The translations under genes were made by a program, and so were the position numbers. 64,000 nt of DNA from Alphaproteobacteria bacterium (GTDB lineage: Bacteria > Pseudomonadota > Alphaproteobacteria > Bin95), in assembly GCA_964291285.2 (NCBI GenBank), contig OZ219789.1, positions 64,001-128,000 on the forward strand. Direction: 5' to 3'. The notes under the pieces were generated by a model. It was not told the DNA's origin. It saw only the letters and a list, made by a program, of their open reading frames with translations, and did not search any database. Shown piece by piece: positions 36,450-48,900 of the stretch (within the stretch, counting starts at the first letter, position 1; each line of letters begins with the position of its first letter).

Positions 36450-38540
36450 TCACCTGTTCGTCACAGCTTCTCTCAGCGGTACACCGCTCTCCGCGAGACG
36501 CCGCAGTAGGGGCGCCGGCGCCCAACGTTCTCCGTAGCGCTGGTGCCATGCAGCGATCCTGCCATAGACCTCGCGCACGCCCACGGTGTCGGCCCAGTAC
36601 ATGAGCCCGCCACGATAGCGCGGGAAGCCGAATCCGCAGAGCCACATCGTATCCACCTCCACGGCGCGCCGGGCTATGCCCTCCTCGATGATCCGGCAGG
36701 CTTCGTTGACCGAGGAAAAAAGCAGGCGCTGCACGATTTCCTCGTCGTCGAATGTCCGTTGCTCAACGCCCGATTCGCCCGAGACCTGCCGGATCAGCGC
36801 CGCCACTTCCGGGTCCGGATGCGGCGTGCGGCTGCCCGGCTCGTAGCGATACCAGCCGGCGCCGGTCTTCATGCCGAGGCGGCCGGACTCGACCAGGGCA
36901 TCGGCGATGGGCAGCGGACGGGCGGACGGGTCCGCGGCCTCCCTGCGCTTGCGCCCCGCATAGCCGATGTCGAGCCCGGCGAGGTCGCCGACCGTGAACG
37001 GCCCCATCGGATAGCCGAATTCCACCATCGCCCGGTCCACCTGCTCCGGCAGCGCCCCTTCCTCCAGCAGCAGGACCATCTCGGTATTGAAGGGCGCGCG
37101 CGAGCGGTTCGCGACGAATCCATCGCAATTGCCGCAGACGACGCCCACCTTGCCGAGCCTTCCGGCCAGCGCCTGGACAGAGGCCAGAACCTCCTCGGAG
37201 GTCCGCTCGCCGCGCACGATCTCCAGCAGCTTCATCACATTGGCCGGGCTGAAGAAATGCGCGCCGGCCACATCTTCCGGCCGCCCCGTCGCGGCCGCGA
37301 TTTCGTCGATATCGAGCGCGGAGGTGTTGGTGAGCAGCAGCGCGCCGGGCTTCATCACCCGGTCCAATGTCTCGAAGACCTCCCGCTTGATGCCGATTTC
37401 CTCGAACACCGCCTCGATCACGACATCGGCGCCCGCAATGGCGTCGTAGGAATCGACCGGCTCGATGAGCGCAAGTCGCGCCTCCATGCCGGCTGCATCG
37501 AGCGAGCCCCGCTCGACGCTCGCCGCATAGGTCTTCCCGATGCGCTCCATGCCCCGCGCGAGCGTCTCCGGGTCCTTGTCCATGATCTTCACCGGCAGGC
37601 CGGCATCGGCGCAGGTCATGGCGATCCCGCCGCCCATGGTTCCGGCGCCGACCACTGCGGCCGCCTCCACCGGGCGGGCCGGCGTCCCGCGCGGCACATC
37701 CGGCGCGCGCCGGGCTTCGCGCTCGCTGAAGAAGGCATAGCGCAGCGCCTTGGCCTCCTCGGAGTTCTCCAGCTCCTCGAACAGCGCACGCTCCTGCCTG
37801 ATGCCTTCCTCGAAGGGCGTGGAACAGGCTATCTCCACGCAGCGGATGCAGTGCCAGGGGGCCTTCTGGTTGCGCGCGCGCCGGGCGATCTTCCGGCGCA
37901 TCGCCTCGAAGATGCCGGGATCGTGGTCCGGTATCTCGCGTTCCGAAATCCGGGGCAGGACCGGCTCGTTCATCACCCGCATGGCAAAGGCGACAGCCGC
38001 GTCGCGCAGTTCCCCGCCTTCCACCAGCTCGTCGAGAATGCCGAGTTCCAGGGCCTCCGACGCGGGCACATGGCGGCCGGAGACGATCATCTCCAGCGCC
38101 GCTTCCGGACCGATCAGGCGCGGCAGGCGCTGCGTGCCGCCGCCGCCCGGCAGAATGCCGATCAGGACTTCGGGCAGGCCCACCTTCGCGCCCGGCACCG
38201 CAATGCGGTAGTGGCAGCCGAGCGCATTCTCCAGGCCGCCGCCGAGCGCATAGCCGTGAATGGCGGCCACGACCGGCTTCGGGCTCGCTTCCAGCACGTC
38301 GTGGGTGCGCCGGGCGACCGTCGGGCGCCCCTTGCCGAAACCGCGAATGTCGGCCCCGGCGATGAAGGACCGCCCGGCGCCGATCAGCACCATGGCGTGC
38401 ACCTCCGGGTCGGCGACGCCGCGGTCCACCGCTTCCAGTATGCCCTCGCGCACGCCCGGCCCCAGCGCGTTCACCGGCGGATAGTCCACCGTGATGACGC
38501 CAACCGGGCCCTGCCTGGTGAAATGGACGACCTCGGACAT
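36450..38540 (-). CDS. Bifunctional enoyl-CoA hydratase / 3-hydroxyacyl-CoA dehydrogenase
   Basis: PPVNAL, ALGGGLE, GLPEV, GAGTMGGG, HFFSPANVMKLLE. Confidence 0.93.
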   Translation of the reverse strand: MSEVVHFTRQGPVGVITVDYPPVNALGPGVREGILEAVDRGVADPEVHAMVLIGAGRSFIAGADIRGFGKGRPTVARRTHDVLEASPKPVVAAIHGYALGGGLENALGCHYRIAVPGAKVGLPEVLIGILPGGGGTQRLPRLIGPEAALEMIVSGRHVPASEALELGILDELVEGGELRDAAVAFAMRVMNEPVLPRISEREIPDHDPGIFEAMRRKIARRARNQKAPWHCIRCVEIACSTPFEEGIRQERALFEELENSEEAKALRYAFFSEREARRAPDVPRGTPARPVEAAAVVGAGTMGGGIAMTCADAGLPVKIMDKDPETLARGMERIGKTYAASVERGSLDAAGMEARLALIEPVDSYDAIAGADVVIEAVFEEIGIKREVFETLDRVMKPGALLLTNTSALDIDEIAAATGRPEDVAGAHFFSPANVMKLLEIVRGERTSEEVLASVQALAGRLGKVGVVCGNCDGFVANRSRAPFNTEMVLLLEEGALPEQVDRAMVEFGYPMGPFTVGDLAGLDIGYAGRKRREAADPSARPLPIADALVESGRLGMKTGAGWYRYEPGSRTPHPDPEVAALIRQVSGESGVEQRTFDDEEIVQRLLFSSVNEACRIIEEGIARRAVEVDTMWLCGFGFPRYRGGLMYWADTVGVREVYGRIAAWHQRYGERWAPAPLLRRLAESGVPLREAVTNR

Positions 38541-38570
38541 GATTCCCCCTTCCGCCGGTGGTGCGGCGGT

Positions 38571-39550
38571 TTATAGCGGATAGGTGCCCGCCATGCGCGC
38601 GCGCAGGCGGATGAGCGCCAGCACGGTGTCGATGGCCGGCGTCGCGACGCCGGCGCGCCGCCCCAGCTCGCTGACCGCGCCCACCAGCGCATCGATTTCC
38701 ATCGGCCGGCCGCGCTCCAGGTCCTGCAGCATCGAGGTCTTGTGCGCGCCGACCGCGACCGCGCCCTCAAGCCGCCGCTCCAGCGGGATGCGGAAGCGCA
38801 CGCCCAGCGCCTCGCCGACCGCCTGCCCCTCTCGCATCATCGCTTCGACGAGCCGGCGCACCTCACCGTCCGAGCCGATTTCGGCGAGCGTCGCATGGGT
38901 GAGCGCCGAGATCGGGTTGAAGCAGAGATTGCCCCAGAGCTTCACCCAGATCTCGTCGCGGATGCGGGGCCGGACGGGCGCGCGGAAGCCTGCCGCGATG
39001 AGCAGCCGGGACAAAGCCGAGGCCCGCTCGCTGCGCGTTCCGTCGGGCTCTCCGAGCGTGTAGCTGTTGCCGTCGATATGCCGGCAGACGCCGGGCTCGA
39101 CGATCTCCGTAGCCGGATAGACGACGCAGCCGATGGCGCGCTCCGGCCCGAGCCCCCGCCATTGCGCGCCGCCCGGATCGACCGCTTCCACCGGCCCCGA
39201 AGCAAAGCCCGTCCCGATACCGTGGAAATACCACCAGGGGACGCCGTTCATCGCGGTGACGACCGCCGTGCCGGGCCCGAGCAGCGGGCGCATCGCCTCC
39301 ACTGCCCCGGGCGACTGGTGCGCCTTGAGCGTCACGATCACGAAATCCTGGACGCCGAACGCCGCCGGGTCGTCGCTGGCCGCGACCGGCAGCGTGAAGT
39401 CCTCCTCGTCGGAGACGAAGCGCAGCCCGTTCGCCTGCAAGGCAGCAAGATGGGGCCCACGCGCGACCAGGCTGACCTCGGCCTCACCCTGCCGGGCAAG
39501 CAGGGCGGCCAGGTGGCACCCGATCGCACCCGCCCCGAAGATCGCGATCT

Positions 39551-39554
<4 letters not shown>
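38571..39554 (-). CDS. 2-dehydropantoate 2-reductase-like (PanE family; possibly oxalyl-CoA reductase type)
   Basis: GAGAIG, MNGVPWWYF, IWVKLWGN, HKTSMLQD. Coupled to the CoA ligase. Confidence 0.85.
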
Positions 39555-41097
<1,543 letters not shown>

Positions 41098-41101
<4 letters not shown>

Positions 41102-42102
41102 GGCTCGACGACCACCGTGCCGAGCTTGTCGAGGCTTTCCACCAGTTCATGCGCGGCGACGATGTCATCGAGGGGAAACCGCGCCGCGACCGGGAACAAC
41201 CGCCCCTCGCCCGCCGCCCAGCGCGTCACGTCGCGTTGCGCCTGCCGGCGGGCCTCGGGCGGGATGCTGTTCAGCACCACGAAATGCAGGGTGGCGTTCA
41301 GGCCCATCAGGGCGCGCACATCGATCTCAGGTTTCCTGTCGCCGTCGCTGGCATAGATTGCGACGGCCCCGTTGCGTTTCAATGCCCCTATCGCGACGGC
41401 GAGATTGCCGCCGAAATCGACCTCGACGATGCGGTCCACCCCCTCGCCGCCCGTGAACTCCCGAACCCGCGCGACGACATCCTCATTCCGGTAATTGATC
41501 ACGGCGTCGGCCCCGCCGGCGAGTGCATGCGCCGCCTTGGCCTCGCCGCTCACCGTCGCCAGCACGCGCGCGCCGCCCCATTTGGCCAGCTGCACGGCAT
41601 AGTGGCCGACCGCGCCGGCTCCTCCCGTGACAAGCACGGTTTGGCCCGCGACCGACCCGTCCTGGAAGACGCAGCGATGCGCCGTCATGGCGGGAATGCC
41701 GAGCGTCGCCCCTTCCGCGAATCCGAGTTCGTCGGGAAGCGCATGGACGAGCCCGGCGTCGAGCGCGATATATTCCGCCGCCGTGCCGAACGCCCGGCCG
41801 AGCCGCTGGCCGTTATAGAGCCACACCCTCCGGCCGACCCAGGCCGGGTCTACCCCTGCGCCGACCTGGTCCACCGTGCCGGCGCCGTCGCTGTTGGGGA
41901 TCACGCGCGGGAACTGGAAGCCGTAGTCGCTCGCGCCCGCGCGCAACTTCACGTCCGCCGGGTTGACGCCCGACGCCGCCAGCCGCACGCGAACCTCGCC
42001 CGGCCCCGCCTCCGGCGTCGGCATCTCTCCGACTTCCAGCACCTCCCGCGCCGGTCCCTTGCGCTGGTACCACGCCGCCCGCATCGATCCCCTCCCGCTC
42101 AT
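41098..42102 (-). CDS. NADPH:quinone oxidoreductase (zeta-crystallin-like MDR)
   Basis: ASGVNPAD, PNSDGAG, GGAGAVG. Start at 42102 or 42084. Confidence 0.9.
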
Positions 42103-42172
42103 CCTGCATCGCATGATTTAATGCGCGCCCGCAAGAATTCGAGAGCCGTGCGACAATGGAGGCGACAGGACC

Positions 42173-43126
42173 ATGAAGCGGATCGTCTTTCTGGAGCGCA
42201 ACTCCTTTCCGCCGGGCGTGCCGATCCGCCGCCCCGGCTTCCCGCATGAGTGGGTGGAGTTCGACGAGACGCATCCCGACCGGGCGGCGGACCGGCTTCG
42301 GGGCGCCCATGTCGCGGTGACGAACAAATGCCGCATCGACGCCTCCGTGTTCGAAGCCGCGCCGACGCTGGAGCTCGTCGCGGTTTCGGCCACCGGCACC
42401 GACTGCGTGGACAAGGAAGCGGCGCGCGCCGCGGGCGTGCCGGTCACCAATGTCACCGGCTATGCCGCCGACAGCGTGGCCGAACATGCGCTCGCCCTGC
42501 TGCTTGCGCTCGCGCGCGCCGTGCCCGCCTATGACCGCGCCGTGGCCGAGGGGCGCTGGGCGAAGGCGCGCCAGTTCTGCCTGTTCGACTACCCGATCCT
42601 GGACCTTGCCGGGCGGCGGCTCGGCATTGTCGGCGCAGGCGTTATCGGCTCCGCGGTCGCGAGGAAGGCCGCGGCCCTCGGCATGGAGCCGGTCGTCGCC
42701 GCGCGCAAAGGCGCAGCGCCCTGCCCCGGCCGCATCGCTTTCGGAGAGATGCTGGAGACCGCCGACGCCATCTCCATCCACTGCCCGCTCAACGAGGAGA
42801 CCCGCGGGCTGATCGGCCGGGCGGAATTCGCCGCGATGCGCCGCCGGCCCTTCCTCGTCAACACGGCGCGGGGCGGCATCGTGGACGAGGCCGCGCTGGC
42901 CGAGGCGCTCGACCGGGGGACGATCCGGGGCGCGGCTTTCGACGTGGCGACCGCCGAGCCGCCGCCGGAAGGCCATCCGCTGCCCGCGCTTGCCGGGCGG
43001 CCCAATTTCATCGTGACCCCGCATGTGGCCTGGGCGAGCGAAGCCGCCATGGCAGCGCTTATCGAGGGCCTCGTCTCGGGGCTCGAAGCCTGGGCCCGCG
43101 GAGACATCACCAACCGCGTCGCTTGA
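42173..43126 (+). CDS. D-2-hydroxyacid dehydrogenase (glycerate/hydroxypyruvate reductase-like)
   Basis: GAGVIG, HCPLNEET, NTARGGIVDE, TPHVAW. Confidence 0.88.
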   Translation: MKRIVFLERNSFPPGVPIRRPGFPHEWVEFDETHPDRAADRLRGAHVAVTNKCRIDASVFEAAPTLELVAVSATGTDCVDKEAARAAGVPVTNVTGYAADSVAEHALALLLALARAVPAYDRAVAEGRWAKARQFCLFDYPILDLAGRRLGIVGAGVIGSAVARKAAALGMEPVVAARKGAAPCPGRIAFGEMLETADAISIHCPLNEETRGLIGRAEFAAMRRRPFLVNTARGGIVDEAALAEALDRGTIRGAAFDVATAEPPPEGHPLPALAGRPNFIVTPHVAWASEAAMAALIEGLVSGLEAWARGDITNRVA

Positions 43127-43191
43127 CCCGCCGGGCGGCGTCGGGCGAAAACGGCGACCGATCCCGCAGATACGGCAAGGCAGAGCAGGCA

Positions 43192-44373
43192 ATGCCCATC
43201 GTCAACCGCATAGCCGAGTTCCACGAGGAAATGACCGCGTGGCGGCGCGAGCTCCACATGTATCCGGAAACGGCGTTCGAGGAGGTGCGCACCTCCGCCT
43301 TCGTCGCGGACAAGCTGAAGGAGTTCGGCGTGGACGCCGTCCACACGGGCATCGCGAAGACCGGCGTCGTCGCCGTGCTGCGCGGACAAGGCGGCAGCCA
43401 GCGCTCCATCGCCATCCGCGCCGACATGGACGCGCTCGACATCGAGGAGGCGAACGACTTCGACTACAAGTCCCGTAATCCCGGCAAGATGCATGCCTGC
43501 GGCCATGACGGGCATACGACCATGCTGCTGGGCGCCGCGAAATACCTTGCCGAGACGCGCAATTTCGACGGCACGGTCTATTTCGTCTTCCAGCCGGCGG
43601 AGGAAAATGAGGGCGGCGGCCGCGCCATGGTGGAGGACGGCCTGTTCGAGCGCTTCCCGGCGGACGCGGTTTACGGCATGCACAACTCGCCCGGCGTGCC
43701 GGTCGGGCGCTTCACCACCCGGGCCGGGCCGGCCATGGCTGGCTTCGACATTTTCGAGATCGAGATCGACGGCTACGGCACCCATGCCGCCCGGCCGCAC
43801 CAGGGCGTCGATACCGTCGTCATACAGGCCCAGATCGTCACCGCGCTCCAGACCATCGCCAGCCGGTCGGTCAACGCCATCGACTCGGTCGTGCTCACCA
43901 TCACCCAGGTCCATGGCGGCGACACCTGGAACGTGATTCCCCAGAAAGTCGTGCTGCGCGGCACGGTGCGCGCCTTCAAGCCGGAGGTGCAGGACCTGAC
44001 CGAGGCGCGCATGCGGCGCATCTGCGACAGCATCGCGGAGGCCTTCGGGGCCGCGGTCTCGGTGCGCTACGAGCGCCGCTACCCGCCGACCGTCAACGAC
44101 GCCGAGCATGTTGATCTCGCCGCGGCCGTGGCGGCGGACGTGTTCGGCGCGGGCAATGTGAGCACGGACGCGCCGCCCGGCATGGGCTCGGAAGACTTCT
44201 CCTTCATGCTCAATGCGAAGCCGGGCGCCTATGTCCGCATCGGCAACGGCGCCGAAGGCGAGCATGGCGGCGTGGTCGTCCACAATCCGCATTACGACTT
44301 CAACGACGACGCCCTGCCCTGGGGCGCCACATACTGGTCGCGCCTGGTCGAAACCGTGCTGGTGCGCGCATGA
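43192..44373 (+). CDS. M20 amidohydrolase (hippurate hydrolase-like)
   Basis: RADMDAL, MHACGHDGH, FQPAEE, GSEDF, HNPHYDFND. Confidence 0.92.
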   Translation: MPIVNRIAEFHEEMTAWRRELHMYPETAFEEVRTSAFVADKLKEFGVDAVHTGIAKTGVVAVLRGQGGSQRSIAIRADMDALDIEEANDFDYKSRNPGKMHACGHDGHTTMLLGAAKYLAETRNFDGTVYFVFQPAEENEGGGRAMVEDGLFERFPADAVYGMHNSPGVPVGRFTTRAGPAMAGFDIFEIEIDGYGTHAARPHQGVDTVVIQAQIVTALQTIASRSVNAIDSVVLTITQVHGGDTWNVIPQKVVLRGTVRAFKPEVQDLTEARMRRICDSIAEAFGAAVSVRYERRYPPTVNDAEHVDLAAAVAADVFGAGNVSTDAPPGMGSEDFSFMLNAKPGAYVRIGNGAEGEHGGVVVHNPHYDFNDDALPWGATYWSRLVETVLVRA

Positions 44374-45086
44374 AGCTCCGGGATTTCGACGCGCTCAGCT
44401 TCGACTGCTACGGCACGCTGATCGACTGGGAAGCGGGCATTCTCGCCGCATGGCGCCCCTGGGCCGAACGGGAAGGCGTCGAGGCCGAAGACGGGGCCGT
44501 GCTGGAATACTTCGCTGCCAACGAGTCCCGGCAGCAGGCCGAGACGCCGGGCCTGCCCTATCCGGAGGTGCTCGCGCGGGCGTTCATGGGAATGGGCGCG
44601 GACTTCGGACGCGCGCCCGTCGAGGCTGACGCGGTCGCATTCGGTCGCTCCGTCCCGGACTGGCCCGCATTCCCCGACAGCTCCGAGGCGCTGGACTATC
44701 TGGGCCGACATTACGAGCTCATCGTCCTTTCCAATGTGGACCGGGAGAGCTTCGCCGCCTCCGCCGAACGCCTCCGAACACGCTTCGACGCCGTCTTCAC
44801 GGCCCAGGACATCGGCTCCTACAAGCCGGCCCCGGCTAACTTCGACGCGCTGACCGCCGGCCTCGAGGCGCGCGGCATTGCGAAGGCGCGCGTCCTTCAC
44901 ACGGCCCAGTCGCTCTTCCACGACCATGCGCCCGCCGCCGCCGCCGGGTTCGCGACCTGCTGGATCGACCGGCGCAAGGGCAGGCCCGGCTGGGGCGCCA
45001 CCATGCCGCCGCCCTCGGAGGTGCAGGTCGATTTCCATTTCGGCTCGATGGCGGAGCTCGTCGAGGCGCACCGCCGGGAAGGTTAA
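44370..45086 (+). CDS. HAD hydrolase, haloacid dehalogenase type II-like
   Basis: FDCYGTLIDWE, LSNVD, SYKP, AQSLFHDH. Confidence 0.9.
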   Translation: MKLRDFDALSFDCYGTLIDWEAGILAAWRPWAEREGVEAEDGAVLEYFAANESRQQAETPGLPYPEVLARAFMGMGADFGRAPVEADAVAFGRSVPDWPAFPDSSEALDYLGRHYELIVLSNVDRESFAASAERLRTRFDAVFTAQDIGSYKPAPANFDALTAGLEARGIAKARVLHTAQSLFHDHAPAAAAGFATCWIDRRKGRPGWGATMPPPSEVQVDFHFGSMAELVEAHRREG

Positions 45087-45141
45087 CCCCGGCCCCGGCC
45101 GGGGCTACAATCGAGGCAGCAGCCAAGGGGGTGGGTGCATC

Positions 45142-45978
45142 ATGCTCAAGAGCATAGTGGTGGCGGTGGATGCGTCCCCGTCCAGCGTGGAAGCGGAGAA
45201 GCTGGCGCTGGCCATTGCCGGCAATTACGGCTCGCGGCTTGTCGGGATCGGCGTGCTCGACACGCCGTTCTTCACGGCGCCCATGGCGCGGCCGATGGGC
45301 GCCGGCGCCTACAAGGAGCATCGCGACGAAACGCTGGTGAAGGCTGCGCGCGAACGGCTTGAGGCACGGTTGAAGGAGTTCGAAGCGGCCTGCGCGGCCG
45401 CCGGCGCCGCATACGGGGCCATCGAGGCCGAGGGCGTCCCGCACAAGCTGATCGAGGCGGAGGCGGACCGGCACGACCTCATCGTGATCGGGCGCGAGAC
45501 CAACTTCCACGGCGTCGAGAACCACGACATCGCCACGGTCGTCCAGCGCCTGCTGCACGACAATCCGCGGCCGGTCGTGATGGTGCCGCCCGCGCCGCTG
45601 TCGGGCAACCGGGTCGTGGTGGCCTTCGACGGCAGCCGGGAATCCTCCCGCGCCATGCACATGTACATTCTGCTCGGGCTGGCGAAGGGGCAGGAAGCCC
45701 ATGTCGTCAGCATTGCCGCGAACCGCGCCGCCGCCCAGGAAACCGCCGCCAAGGGCGCCGGCCTGTTCCGCTCGCACGGCTTCGAGGCTGAGGCGCACGG
45801 GATCGCGGCGCGCGGCAATCCGGCCGACGCCATCCTCTCGCATGTGGAGTCCATGAACGCCGGCATGCTCGTCATGGGCGCCTTCGGCCACCACAACCTC
45901 GTCCACAATATCCTGGTCGGCTCCGCCACCCGCCGCCTGCTGCACGACTGCCCGGCGCCTGTCTTCGTGCATCATTGA
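45142..45978 (+). CDS. Universal stress protein (tandem Usp)
   Basis: IVVAVDAS, VAFDGSRES, VMGAFGH...GSAT. Confidence 0.9.
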   Translation: MLKSIVVAVDASPSSVEAEKLALAIAGNYGSRLVGIGVLDTPFFTAPMARPMGAGAYKEHRDETLVKAARERLEARLKEFEAACAAAGAAYGAIEAEGVPHKLIEAEADRHDLIVIGRETNFHGVENHDIATVVQRLLHDNPRPVVMVPPAPLSGNRVVVAFDGSRESSRAMHMYILLGLAKGQEAHVVSIAANRAAAQETAAKGAGLFRSHGFEAEAHGIAARGNPADAILSHVESMNAGMLVMGAFGHHNLVHNILVGSATRRLLHDCPAPVFVHH

Positions 45979-46007
45979 CGGCCCGGCCCGTGCCGGGGCC
46001 GGCGGGC

Positions 46008-46970
46008 CTACACGCCCCAGTGTTCCCGCAGGTGGCCGGCGGCATCCCGGACGGCGCGCGCCGCGACCTCCACTTCCGGAGCCATTTTCAGGAAACCGTG
46101 CGGCGCGCCAGGATAGAGGATATAGCGGTGCGGCACATGGGCGGCGGCCAGCTTCAGGCCCAGCGCTTCGGCATCGTCGCGCAGCGGGTCCAGCGCCGCC
46201 GCCGTCAGCAGCACCGGCGGCAGGTCGCGGAAATCGATGTTCAGGGAGCAGAACAGCGGGTCGCGCCCGTCCTCCTCCCTGCCGAGATAGTCGGCATAGA
46301 AGCGGCGCATGATGGCGAGGCCGAGGCCGTAGCGCCCGTCCCCGTAAGCCGCGGCGGCCGGGCCGGGCTCGTAGCCGTATTCCGGCATATGGCCGTAGCA
46401 GCCGTAGAGCAGCAGCGCGGTGCCGAGCGCCCTGCGCCGCCGGTCCAGCACGGCGAGCGCCAGATTGGCGCCGGCCGAGTCGCCCCCGACCGCGAGCCGC
46501 GCGGCGTCCACCCCGATCTCCGCGCCATGCTCCGCCAACCAGTCGCAGGCGAAGATGCATTCCTCGACCGGCACCGGGAAGCGGTGCTCCGGGGCGAGGC
46601 GGTAATCGACGGAAACCACCGCCGCACCGGCTTCCTTCGCCAGCAGGCGGCAGAGCGTATCGTGAGACTCGACGCTGCCCAGCATGAAGCCGCCGCCATG
46701 CAGGTAAAGCAGCCCCGGCAGCGCGGCATCGTCGCGGGGCCGATAGACCCGGACCCGGAGTTCGCCGTGCGGCCCGGCGAGCGCCAGATTGACGACGGAG
46801 GCGAGCGGCGGCGGATTGGCGTTCCAGTAAACCGAGGAGGCGTCATAGGCGGCGCGAATATCTTCCGCGGGCGCATCGACCAGAGCCTTCAGATCGAGCG
46901 GGGGCGAGGCCTCGGCCGCGCGCTTGCCCGCTTCCACGATTGCAGGATCGATGGTCTCGACGCCGGTCAT
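46008..46970 (-). CDS. HSL-family esterase
   Basis: HGGG, DYRLAPEH, GDSAG, DPLRD, HGF. Confidence 0.92.
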   Translation of the reverse strand: MTGVETIDPAIVEAGKRAAEASPPLDLKALVDAPAEDIRAAYDASSVYWNANPPPLASVVNLALAGPHGELRVRVYRPRDDAALPGLLYLHGGGFMLGSVESHDTLCRLLAKEAGAAVVSVDYRLAPEHRFPVPVEECIFACDWLAEHGAEIGVDAARLAVGGDSAGANLALAVLDRRRRALGTALLLYGCYGHMPEYGYEPGPAAAAYGDGRYGLGLAIMRRFYADYLGREEDGRDPLFCSLNIDFRDLPPVLLTAAALDPLRDDAEALGLKLAAAHVPHRYILYPGAPHGFLKMAPEVEVAARAVRDAAGHLREHWGV

Positions 46971-47159
46971 GGCCTCTCCCCCGAAAAGGCGGCATTCGTG
47001 GCTGCGCATTACAGGGCGACAGCGCCCCCTGCAACCCTGCCGCGAGCGCCGCCGTCCATCCAACGCAGACAGAAAGAACCCGGCCGAGCGTTGCAAAGGC
47101 CGCATGATTCGGAATAGACAGGCGCACCACATTCCCGGTCCCGAGATGCCGCGCTCCCC

Positions 47160-48893
47160 ATGACAGTCACCGCTGTCCCGACCGGCGAAAGCCGCCCGGA
47201 ACGCTTCGACGCCGCAATCGTCGGAGCGGGCTTTGCCGGCATGTACATGCTGCACTGCCTGCGCAAGCTCGGCTTTTCGGCGCGGGTCTTCGAGGCGGGC
47301 GGCGATGTCGGCGGCACCTGGTACTGGAACCGCTATCCCGGCGCGCGCTGCGACATCGAGAGCCTGCAATACTCCTATTCCTTCTCCGAAGAACTCGACC
47401 AGGAATGGGAGTGGACCGAGAAATACGCCCCGCAGCCGGAAATCCTGTCCTATGCCAGGCATGTGGCGGACCGGTTCGACCTCCGCCGGGACATGTGCTT
47501 CGACACGAGGGTGACGGCGCTCGCTTTCGACGAGGCCGCGAAGCGCTGGCATGTCGAGACGGACCGGGGCGGGAGCTGCTCGGCGCAGTTCTGCATCATG
47601 GCGGTGGGGTGCCTCTCGGCTGCAAACCGGCCCCATTTCGACGGTCTGGACGGCTTCGAGGGCGAGGTGCTGCATACCGGCGAGTGGCCGCATGAGCCGG
47701 TGGACTTCACCGGCAAGCGCGTCGCGGTCATCGGCACGGGCTCCTCGGCGATCCAGTCGATCCCGGTCATGGCCCCGAAGGCGGCGGCGCTCACCGTCTT
47801 CCAGCGCACGCCCAACTATGCCGTGCCCGCCTGGAACGCCCCGCTGGACCCGGAACGCGTGCGTGCGTTCAAGGCCGGCTATCCCGCTTTCCGCGCCAGG
47901 GCCCGCTCCCGCCCGACCGGCACCTACTTCCCCTACAACACCCGCCCGGCTCTCGATTCGACGCCGGAGGAGCGCCGCCGGCAATATGACGAGTTCTGGG
48001 CGCGCGGCGGGCTGCCCTTCCTCGGCGCCTTCGGCGACCTGCTGTTCGACAAGGCGGCGAACGACACGGCCGCCGATTTCGCGCGCGGGAAGATCCGCGA
48101 GCGGGTGGACGACCCCGAGACGGCCGAGCTGCTCTGCCCGGACAATGTCTTCGGCTGCAAGCGGCTCTGCGTCGATACCGGCTATTACGAAACCTACAAT
48201 CTGGACCATGTGAAGCTGGTCGACATCTCGACGCGGCCCATCGAGCGCTTCACCGCCGGCGGCATCGTGGCGCACGGCGTCGAACATCCTGCCGACATGG
48301 CCATCTTCGCGACCGGGTTCGCGGCGATGACCGACTCGTTCGACCGCATCCGCATTACCGGCCGGGGCGGGTTGACGCTCGCGGAGAAGTGGCGGGCAGG
48401 CCCGCTCAACTATCTGGGCCTCGCCGTGGCCGGCTTTCCCAATTTCTTCACCATCACCGGCCCGGGCAGCCCGTCGGTGCTGGCGAACATGCTCCCTTCC
48501 ATCGAGCAACATGCGGACTGGATCGCGGACTGCATCGCGCATATGCGCGACACCGGCGCCCGGAGCATCGAGGCGCTGGAGGGCAATGAAGCCGACTGGG
48601 TCGCGCATGTCGCCGATGTCGCGTCGATCTCGCTGCGCTCCACCTGTTCGAGTTGGTATGTCGGCGCGAACATTCCGGGCCGCCCGCGCGTCTTCATGCC
48701 CTATATCGGCGGCTTCCCCGTCTATGTGCAGAAATGCAACGAGGTGCTGGCGGCCGGCTTCGAGGGATTCGTCCTGGACGCGCCCGCCTCCGCCCCGCCG
48801 AAGGTGCGCCTGACGGAGCGCTGGCAGGTCACGCTCGACCCGGATGTCCTCTCGCCCGCCGACATCGCCGCCGGCCGCATTCCCGTCATCTAG
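47160..48893 (+). CDS. Baeyer-Villiger monooxygenase
   Basis: GAGFAG, GGTWYWNRYPG, FEGEVLHTGEWP fingerprint, GTGSS. Confidence 0.93.
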   Translation: MTVTAVPTGESRPERFDAAIVGAGFAGMYMLHCLRKLGFSARVFEAGGDVGGTWYWNRYPGARCDIESLQYSYSFSEELDQEWEWTEKYAPQPEILSYARHVADRFDLRRDMCFDTRVTALAFDEAAKRWHVETDRGGSCSAQFCIMAVGCLSAANRPHFDGLDGFEGEVLHTGEWPHEPVDFTGKRVAVIGTGSSAIQSIPVMAPKAAALTVFQRTPNYAVPAWNAPLDPERVRAFKAGYPAFRARARSRPTGTYFPYNTRPALDSTPEERRRQYDEFWARGGLPFLGAFGDLLFDKAANDTAADFARGKIRERVDDPETAELLCPDNVFGCKRLCVDTGYYETYNLDHVKLVDISTRPIERFTAGGIVAHGVEHPADMAIFATGFAAMTDSFDRIRITGRGGLTLAEKWRAGPLNYLGLAVAGFPNFFTITGPGSPSVLANMLPSIEQHADWIADCIAHMRDTGARSIEALEGNEADWVAHVADVASISLRSTCSSWYVGANIPGRPRVFMPYIGGFPVYVQKCNEVLAAGFEGFVLDAPASAPPKVRLTERWQVTLDPDVLSPADIAAGRIPVI

Positions 48894-48900
48894 CGCGCCT

